Source: a virus
Lineage: Duplodnaviria; Heunggongvirae; Uroviricota; Caudoviricetes
Virus record (IMG/VR): IMGVR_UViG_638341087_000024
DNA: 36,227 nucleotides
Direction: 5' to 3' (one strand)
Shown here: positions 1-6,037 of the stretch, piece after piece
How positions within the stretch are numbered: the first letter of the stretch is position 1
How the letters are laid out: each line of letters starts with the position of its first letter
Translations under genes and position numbers: made by a program
Notes under the pieces: generated by a model
Database searches by the model: none
What the model was told of the DNA's origin: nothing
What the model saw: only the letters and a program-made list of their open reading frames with translations

Positions 1-62
1 GGTATCCGTTCTGCTGAAGTGTCATGGCGTTGATTTTACGGTGACTCTTCGACAGTGAAAAG

Positions 63-83
63 AAAAAAGGCCGCAGAGCGGCC
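63..83 (-). terminator. Intrinsic terminator for the leftward int-distal transcript
   Basis: Hairpin GGCCGC-AGA-GCGGCC (69-83) preceded on + strand by A6 (63-68), i.e. followed by a T-run on the minus strand; lies downstream of the minus-strand ORF ending at 209. Confidence 0.5.
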
Positions 84-208
84 ATAAACACAAGTAAAAA
101 TCAATAAGTTAGATAATTATCAAAGACTTACGGACACACAAAAACACAGCCAACCACAACAAATAACAGGGATGTGGTCACTTTGTGGATCATATCGCCG
201 CCATAAAT

Positions 209-649
209 TTACTTAATAACAGTAACCACAGCCACAAGCACGGCCATCGCAGACAGGACAATACCTGTGAGTAACCAAGTCTGATTTGCAAATGATTTCT
301 GAAGTTCAGTACGATGCTCAGCCATCTCAACTTTCAGAGACTGGCGTAAATCAGCCATCTCAGACTTCAGGGATTGGCGAGATTCTGCCATCTCAAGCCT
401 CAACCCTTCGCGAATCTCCAGTACATCAGATTTGGTAGCAAAGGATTCGCTTCTTGTGGTGAGAGTAATCAGGTTGTTTTTGATTTCAGTCACATCACTT
501 TCCAGGCAACTGACCCGCCGTTCAAGGTCGTCATTCATGCCATCACCTCCATCATTACCACTTCCTGTTACTTGGTTGTTGGATACATTATAGGCATTCT
601 CTTTCTTTTTTCTGAACCGCGAAATATGTGCAACATTCTCTGCCATCAC
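209..649 (-). CDS. Hypothetical coiled-coil protein with C-terminal transmembrane anchor
   Basis: 146-aa ORF; tandem heptad/11-mer-like repeats (LRLEMAESRQSLKSEMADLRQSLKVEMAEHRTEL) and hydrophobic C-terminus (LLTGIVLSAMAVLVAVVTVI). Start overlaps the upstream ORF stop (646-649). No family assignment possible by eye. Confidence 0.45.
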   Translation of the reverse strand: MMAENVAHISRFRKKKENAYNVSNNQVTGSGNDGGDGMNDDLERRVSCLESDVTEIKNNLITLTTRSESFATKSDVLEIREGLRLEMAESRQSLKSEMADLRQSLKVEMAEHRTELQKSFANQTWLLTGIVLSAMAVLVAVVTVIK

Positions 650-1008
650 TTCTCATCACCCTGCTTGCCTACCCAGTTCATAAAGGCCCGGGCCGAGTAA
701 CGATGAACAAACCCACATCTGTTACAGGTAAGTCGGAATTCATAGTTATGGATATTTTCCCGATCATGTCCCTCATATCCCGGATACCCAGTAAATGGAC
801 CGATATAATCAAGCATAACAAGAGTGCCTAAATCACACTCCTCAGCAGTTTTCGGCTCAGGCCCCACCTCAACAATATTCGTCAAATACATGTACATATC
901 CGTATCGCCACACGACAAACATTTTTCATTCGTAGACGACTCATTGAGAAAACGCGCAAAATTATCGAGCGTTGCCATTCTTTTAAGTTCATCTAAATGA
1001 AACTTCAC
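646..1008 (-). CDS. Hypothetical protein downstream of int (cargo)
   Basis: 120-aa ORF with Cys-rich segments (CLSCGD..., CNRCG); first codon at 1006-1008 is GTG, alternative ATG further in. Tightly packed behind int stop (1011). Confidence 0.4.
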   Translation of the reverse strand: MKFHLDELKRMATLDNFARFLNESSTNEKCLSCGDTDMYMYLTNIVEVGPEPKTAEECDLGTLVMLDYIGPFTGYPGYEGHDRENIHNYEFRLTCNRCGFVHRYSARAFMNWVGKQGDEK

Positions 1009-1010
1009 TC

Positions 1011-1988
1011 TTAAGCACCTCCTAGTGGATTAAACCTCACCGCATCCTGCAGGTAATCCGGCGCAAGATGGGCATAAATCATCGTTGTCTGAATCTTTGC
1101 GTGCCCCAGAATTTTCTGGAGCGTCAGAATATTGCCGCCGTTCATCATGAAATGACTGGCGAAGGTGTGGCGCAGCGCATGAACAGCCTGGCCGTCAGGA
1201 ACATCAGGTGCGACCGTTTTGATGACATCGCGAACCAATGAATAATCCAGCGTCGGAAACACCAGTTTCCCGCCCCGTTTTTTGATCTTTTCAAACAGGC
1301 TTTCAGAAATAGGAACGGTACGGTTTTTGCTGTTCTTCGTTTTTGAAAAAGTGATTCGACAATGAAGAACACGGCGCTGCTCCAGTGCCGCTACCTCGCC
1401 CCATCGCGCCCCGGTCGACAGAAGGATTTCGACAGCCAGCCGTTCATCGGGATTTTCAGCCAGTGCATCCAGCAACTGAACACATTCAGACTTACTCAGA
1501 TATCCCATTTCGCGCTCGTTAACCTTCATTCCTTTAAGGCCTTGAACGGGGTTATCGTTAAGAAAATGGCCGGATGAGATGAGTGCGGTAAACATCGCGC
1601 TTAACGCCCCAATCTCTCGATTTATGGTGCTGGGCTGTATCCCCTGCTCTATCCTGGACACACGTAGCTCGGTGAGCATCGTTGTATTAAGTTTATGCAC
1701 GCACGGGTCATCCATTGCCTCACTCAAGCGCAGCAATTTAAGGCGCGTGTTATGCCCTGACTTCATTAGCTGGCCGTGGTATTTCCACCACAAGTCAATA
1801 AGCACTGACAGCGGACGGCGATCAATGGAGTTTCCTTTCCACTCATTGTTATGCTGTTGCGCCAGCACCCACCGCTCATATAAAACTGCATCCGATTTCG
1901 TTTTAAATTTTTTACGAATGCGTTTGCCTTTACGCCCCTCCGGGCGCATGTCAAGAAGATACCCTCCCGGAATTGATTTTATGCTCAT
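1011..1988 (-). CDS. int: Tyrosine site-specific integrase, P2/186 family
   Basis: Translation from internal Met (MSIKSIPGGYLLDMRPEGRKGKRIRKKF...) parallels the 186/P2 integrase N-terminus. C-terminal catalytic motifs HALRHTFASHFMMNGGNI...LGH...TMIYAHL are typical of tyrosine recombinases. The longer 1011..2138 ORF would overlap the repressor gene, so the 1988 start is preferred. Confidence 0.93.
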   Translation of the reverse strand: MSIKSIPGGYLLDMRPEGRKGKRIRKKFKTKSDAVLYERWVLAQQHNNEWKGNSIDRRPLSVLIDLWWKYHGQLMKSGHNTRLKLLRLSEAMDDPCVHKLNTTMLTELRVSRIEQGIQPSTINREIGALSAMFTALISSGHFLNDNPVQGLKGMKVNEREMGYLSKSECVQLLDALAENPDERLAVEILLSTGARWGEVAALEQRRVLHCRITFSKTKNSKNRTVPISESLFEKIKKRGGKLVFPTLDYSLVRDVIKTVAPDVPDGQAVHALRHTFASHFMMNGGNILTLQKILGHAKIQTTMIYAHLAPDYLQDAVRFNPLGGA

Positions 1989-2037
1989 TCGTGAAACCCC
2001 AGCGTTACAAGACCACCATGCCCCCAGCGCTCCATGA

Positions 2038-2346
2038 TTAGCCGGGCTGTGTGCCAGTCTTGCGGGGTTTTTGAGAAGGCGATGTGCTTTTTGGCCCATC
2101 AGGGGAGAGAGACGGACTGATCTGCCCAGCAGCCTCATTTGTTTTTCCCGTCATAAGCCAATTCATGTACTTAAAAAAGCGAGGGTGATTAACAATCTTG
2201 ATAAGCACTTCGCCCCCTATGTTTTCAATCCGCCCCGTTTCATAACGACGCAAAGTGCCGATAGGCACATCAATCAGGCCGCAAAATTCTTCGCGCGTTA
2301 AATCCTCTGATTCACGAATCACTCTAATTTTTTCACCGATAAGCAT
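2038..2346 (-). CDS. Immunity repressor, P2 C-like (HTH)
   Basis: About 102 aa from MLIGEKIRVIRESEDLTREEFCGLIDVPIGTLRRYETGR...; size, HTH segment and position (adjacent to int, divergent from a cox-like gene) match the P2 C repressor. Start chosen at ATG 2344-2346 rather than the ORF-track start at 2382. Confidence 0.8.
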   Translation of the reverse strand: MLIGEKIRVIRESEDLTREEFCGLIDVPIGTLRRYETGRIENIGGEVLIKIVNHPRFFKYMNWLMTGKTNEAAGQISPSLSPDGPKSTSPSQKPRKTGTQPG

Positions 2347-2354
2347 TGACAGTG

Positions 2355-2405
2355 TTCCTATAAGTACACTAAGCTTGCGCACAAGGTGTACTTATAAGTA
2401 CACCA
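2355..2405. promoter_or_regulatory. Candidate lysis-lysogeny switch operators between the divergent C and cox-like genes
   Basis: Perfect 18-bp palindrome GTGTACTTATAAGTACAC (2386-2403) plus a direct copy of TATAAGTACAC at 2359-2369, about 33 bp apart, in the 96-bp divergent intergenic region. Confidence 0.5.
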
Positions 2406-2442
2406 AGTCACAAACAACCACAGATAGCGCAGGTTATCACAC

Positions 2443-2721
2443 ATGGCAAAAGTCCTGAACACACACGAACAGGCAGACTTTGAGCGTTTAGCAGCGTTCT
2501 ATCCCTACCGCGATGAGCATGGGTTACCAGTACTTGAAGAAAGCCTGAAAGATTACGCAAAGCGTACCAACCAAGCTGTTAACACAGTGAAAAGACAGGC
2601 TGACAGAGGTTCAATTCCCATCAACCAGGATGAAAAGAACTCAAGACGCACAGTAAATCTCTTCGCTCTTTTCCTGAAAACAATCAGGAGCGCAGAAAAA
2701 TACGTGCAGATGACAAAATAA
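2443..2721 (+). CDS. Putative Cox/Apl-like early regulator (excisionase-like switch protein)
   Basis: 92-aa ORF, first gene of the rightward early operon divergent from C. Called by position and size only; no clear sequence match recalled. Confidence 0.4.
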   Translation: MAKVLNTHEQADFERLAAFYPYRDEHGLPVLEESLKDYAKRTNQAVNTVKRQADRGSIPINQDEKNSRRTVNLFALFLKTIRSAEKYVQMTK

Positions 2722-2735
2722 CGAGGTGTCATTTT

Positions 2736-3074
2736 ATGCTGAAGCAACGCCGTAATTTTCGTATCGGAACAGAACGCCACGCTAACCGTTTCACTACCAG
2801 TGCATCACGCAGCAACATCCGCTACAGCCTGAGTGATACACACGCAACGCCGGATGGCTACCCAGTAAAACAAATCGGCGAGCACGTCTGGCTGATTGAG
2901 AAAGCTGGAATCGTGATCCACAAATGCCCACGCAATCCGTTTACCGGAAACCGCATTTTTGCATTGAGCTGCGGCGACAATCAATTCGGGCAGGATTTCA
3001 CATTATACGAAGCACTTCGCACGGTTGATCGTCTGCTTCGTGGGCAAAGTTTTATTAAACAGGCTGATTTATAA
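2736..3074 (+). CDS. Hypothetical early protein
   Basis: 112-aa ORF in the early rightward operon with coding-like composition. Confidence 0.5.
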   Translation: MLKQRRNFRIGTERHANRFTTSASRSNIRYSLSDTHATPDGYPVKQIGEHVWLIEKAGIVIHKCPRNPFTGNRIFALSCGDNQFGQDFTLYEALRTVDRLLRGQSFIKQADL

Positions 3075-3084
3075 CAGGTGCTTT

Positions 3085-3363
3085 ATGACCAAAGAGCATG
3101 CACAAGGTGTATTTATCCGTTTTATTGATTTTCGCGGTGAACTGTTATTACGCGCATCAGCCATTGACGGAGTTGTTCCATCCGAAAAAAACGCAGCTAC
3201 TTACGTTTATCTGAACGGTACGCGCCTGACTGTGGAGCTTCCGTACCAGACCGTACGAGAAATCATTAGCGAAGCTGAAAAGGCACGTCAGGTTAATGGC
3301 GATGAACCATATATCGAAATTATTTGTATGGATTCAGAAGCTGAAATTCAGAAAGCAGATTAA
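3085..3363 (+). CDS. Hypothetical early protein
   Basis: In-frame ATG at 3085 (MTKEHAQGVFIRFIDFRGELL...), 92 aa; the longer track ORF from 3025 overlaps the previous gene. Confidence 0.5.
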   Translation: MTKEHAQGVFIRFIDFRGELLLRASAIDGVVPSEKNAATYVYLNGTRLTVELPYQTVREIISEAEKARQVNGDEPYIEIICMDSEAEIQKAD

Positions 3364-3374
3364 AGGGCGTTGCG

Positions 3375-3617
3375 ATGGGCAAAGAATATAAAACTCTCAT
3401 TAACAAAGCACTTGAACGATTTTATTTTCGCTTAAGTGCATCAGGCGCTCATGCTGAACGTGCAGCTCGTGACTCATTGACCAGGGCAATCCGGAGTTTG
3501 TATGACGTCGCTTTTTACGCTGATGATCTGGATGCACTTAACGAACTTTCCGAGCTGATCTGTGCCGCAGAATGCGGGGAACATATTGAACCGTATAAGC
3601 TGGGGAATATCGCATGA
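3375..3617 (+). CDS. Hypothetical early protein
   Basis: 80-aa ORF, tightly spaced in the operon. Confidence 0.5.
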   Translation: MGKEYKTLINKALERFYFRLSASGAHAERAARDSLTRAIRSLYDVAFYADDLDALNELSELICAAECGEHIEPYKLGNIA

Positions 3618-3727
3618 GTATATTTATCTCATGGCTTGTTCTGATTATTTCGGTGGCCTGCGCCATTGGGATTATGCGAATTATTCATTCAGTAAAAAAG
3701 ATTGAACGCTTTTTCACTGACGAATAA
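3614..3727 (+). CDS. Small hydrophobic peptide (37 aa), putative membrane protein
   Basis: ATG overlaps the upstream stop (ATGA); translation MSIFISWLVLIISVACAIGIMRIIHSVKKIERFFTDE is a single predicted TM helix with a charged tail. Below the ORF-track length cut-off, found by reading the sequence. Confidence 0.35.
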   Translation: MSIFISWLVLIISVACAIGIMRIIHSVKKIERFFTDE

Positions 3728-3819
3728 CAGCTTAAACAAAACACCAGATTAAACCCGAAAACCTGAAAACTATCCGCATTCGCGGAGGTATTCGCACACG
3801 TAAATAACGGAGATATAAA

Positions 3820-4236
3820 ATGAACGCAAAAGAAGAAGGCATTATCAACACATTAAAAAAAATATCAGAAGCGGAAGATGAAATGGCTAAAGATGCCGTG
3901 AAGCGTAGCCAACATATGGCAGCACTTCACGCACTGACCATTGCAAAAATCACCGCTGACGCAGCCAAAATTATTGAGGAACAGAGCAAAGAAATCGACA
4001 CTCTTAAAACACAGTCAACAGTTGCAGTCATGAATCCGTCCAGCATTGGACGCTGCATTTATATTCTTGGTTCAGCAATGATGCCGCAATACACCATTAT
4101 TGCCGAACTGCACGGCAAATACCTGATAACGCCTTACCACACAAAAGAGTCTGAGCTTCTGACAAATCTCCGCCTGACAGAACGCTCTCAAGCTGTATTC
4201 ATTGATGACGCGCAACGTGCCGTATTTAACGCATAG
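3820..4236 (+). CDS. Hypothetical early protein
   Basis: 138-aa ORF; A-rich Shine-Dalgarno-like sequence (ggagatataaaATG) upstream. Confidence 0.5.
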   Translation: MNAKEEGIINTLKKISEAEDEMAKDAVKRSQHMAALHALTIAKITADAAKIIEEQSKEIDTLKTQSTVAVMNPSSIGRCIYILGSAMMPQYTIIAELHGKYLITPYHTKESELLTNLRLTERSQAVFIDDAQRAVFNA

Positions 4237-4259
4237 GGTTACTGGACAAAGGGGGCGCA

Positions 4260-4463
4260 ATGGCAATTAAGCATTTTTCCGTCGTTCGCTTTACCTCCAG
4301 AGGGCGCGAATACGAGGTCGACGAACGCCTGATTACCACTATCGACAAACATCGTTCGGAAAAGGATGCGCACCACATCTACCTCACTGACGGCACTTAT
4401 TTCTGCGCCACCAACGTGGCGCGGGTGAATCTTATCCGACAAGTACAGGAGCCACGCAGATGA
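4260..4463 (+). CDS. Hypothetical small protein
   Basis: 67-aa ORF, translationally coupled to the next gene (ATGA overlap at 4460-4463). Confidence 0.45.
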   Translation: MAIKHFSVVRFTSRGREYEVDERLITTIDKHRSEKDAHHIYLTDGTYFCATNVARVNLIRQVQEPRR

Positions 4464-4726
4464 CCATTCTGGACTACATCGCTACTCATCCGGGGTGTAG
4501 CGGCGGAGAGATCGCCGCAGCACTGAATACTCCAACCACAGCCATTAATGCTGAGTTACGCCAACTTTGGCGCGGCGGCTTAGTCATCAGAACAAACCGC
4601 AGCACAGGTGGTCGCGCTCGCAAAACTGGAGGCCAGGCTTCTTACCACGTAAACCCGATGCCGTTCGGGTGTAGCAATCCACTTACTCACATGTTTAACC
4701 AGCTACTGAAGGAAGCCAGAACATGA
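4460..4726 (+). CDS. Putative winged-helix DNA-binding protein
   Basis: 88 aa; N-terminal segment (ILDYIATHPGCSGGEIAAALNTPTTAINAELRQLWRGGLV) resembles MarR/ArsR-like winged HTH. Confidence 0.45.
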   Translation: MTILDYIATHPGCSGGEIAAALNTPTTAINAELRQLWRGGLVIRTNRSTGGRARKTGGQASYHVNPMPFGCSNPLTHMFNQLLKEART

Positions 4727-5022
4727 GCACCATCAACCACCAGAAGCTACGCGAACTGGCATTTGCCCTGCAACGAATGGCAACACCTCAAAAATTACTG
4801 GCATTTCGCGCAATGCTCTCGCCGTCTGCTGTGCTGGCATTGCTGGATGAGCTGGAGCACGCCAGAACCACGGCTCCTGCCATTCGCCTGACGCTCCATC
4901 ATGAAATCGCTGATTTCTGCGCGACATTGGAGGCGCCAGGCGAACCGGAAACGCCGGAAGCAATACAGCAAGAGCTGCTGCAACGCATTGACAAGGTTTT
5001 TGATTTTTTTCTGAACCAGTAA
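4723..5022 (+). CDS. Hypothetical early protein
   Basis: 99-aa ORF coupled to the upstream gene. Confidence 0.5.
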   Translation: MSTINHQKLRELAFALQRMATPQKLLAFRAMLSPSAVLALLDELEHARTTAPAIRLTLHHEIADFCATLEAPGEPETPEAIQQELLQRIDKVFDFFLNQ

Positions 5023-5140
5023 GAAACCAGAACATGCACACACAAAAAAACCGCTTGCCATGCCGCAATCAGTCAGGTTACATTTCCGCTGCACCCCATA
5101 AAACGGGTGCCGGGATTTCCACCCCGCTGACTAGCAAAGC

Positions 5141-5169
5141 GCACAACCGCGCCAGCGGTTTTTTTGTGC
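5141..5169 (+). terminator. Candidate intrinsic terminator in an early-region non-coding stretch
   Basis: AACCGC-GCCA-GCGGTT hairpin followed by TTTTTTGTG; outer GCACAA/TTGTGC can extend the stem. Confidence 0.45.
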
Positions 5170-5344
5170 GTACCGTATCGCCACGTCTTTTTCGCGTCAG
5201 AATTATGGTGGGGCGTATGGGGCCGACTTCGGTCGGGCCGGGTTCTTTGCTAGCCGGTTGTGGAAACCCTGTACGTCTCACCACCCCGAGTTTTCCACCT
5301 CTGGATGGTGAGTTTTTAAAACTTACTAGCAAAGAGGCCACACC

Positions 5345-5575
5345 ATGGCAAACCGCAAACAGCATCGCGCTATCGCGGAGCGTCGTCACATCCAGACTGA
5401 AATCAACCGCAGACTTTTCCGCGCATTCCGCGTCGCGCAAATCATGCACATCAATATGCTGCATGAACGCAGTCACGCACTATCGAACAGCTATTCCGCC
5501 TCTGTTTTCAGCTATCTGGCGGATGATCTGCGCGAGCTTCAGCAGCTCATCCAGCAGCAAAACAAACTCCATTAA
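5345..5575 (+). CDS. Hypothetical small protein
   Basis: 76-aa ORF with basic, helical-looking N-terminus; follows a 320-bp structured non-coding region. Confidence 0.4.
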   Translation: MANRKQHRAIAERRHIQTEINRRLFRAFRVAQIMHINMLHERSHALSNSYSASVFSYLADDLRELQQLIQQQNKLH

Positions 5576-5647
5576 TTCCTGTTCCGGGCCTTTCCTGCAC
5601 CTTGCGGCGGGAGGCCTTCGCACATCTGTAGTAAAGAGAATTGCAGC

Positions 5648-6037
5648 ATGATTGACACTCATGACTTCACAAGATGGGTGCGCACACAGGACACCCGTCT
5701 GGCTCCCGTTCTTCAGGGATTATTTGATCTCTACATCCGTGGTCGTGACAACAGAGCACGCACCACAAAACCAGAGAATGCAGACACCCTTTATTTCACA
5801 GTAGACGACTGCTACCGCGTGGACTTCACACCACACGGGCTGGCGTTGCACTGCCTGACACCACACGGCGAATCACTACTGGCGTATTACGACTCCCCGG
5901 CCTCCGTATTTGCGGCAATGCTGGCGCATCGCACTGCTGGCGGGTGTGCCTCGCTGAGTGAATACACCGCTGAATTTAACCGCCTTTCCACCCTCTTCTC
6001 GCAGGAGTGGCAGCGCGTGACGGGATACCAGCCATGA
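5648..6037 (+). CDS. Hypothetical protein upstream of replication gene A
   Basis: 129-aa ORF; stop overlaps the A start (ATGA at 6034-6037). Confidence 0.5.
   Translation: MIDTHDFTRWVRTQDTRLAPVLQGLFDLYIRGRDNRARTTKPENADTLYFTVDDCYRVDFTPHGLALHCLTPHGESLLAYYDSPASVFAAMLAHRTAGGCASLSEYTAEFNRLSTLFSQEWQRVTGYQP

Noticed and set aside
1011-2138. Longer integrase ORF starting at 2138
   Set aside because: Would overlap the repressor gene by about 100 nt; the internal Met at 1988 matches the P2/186 integrase N-terminus, so the shorter start is preferred.
5034-5651. 205-aa plus-strand ORF spanning the early-region non-coding stretch
   Set aside because: No start context, low-complexity and basic translation, runs across a terminator-like hairpin and overlaps the better-supported 76-aa ORF (5345..5575) in another frame; the region looks structured and non-coding.
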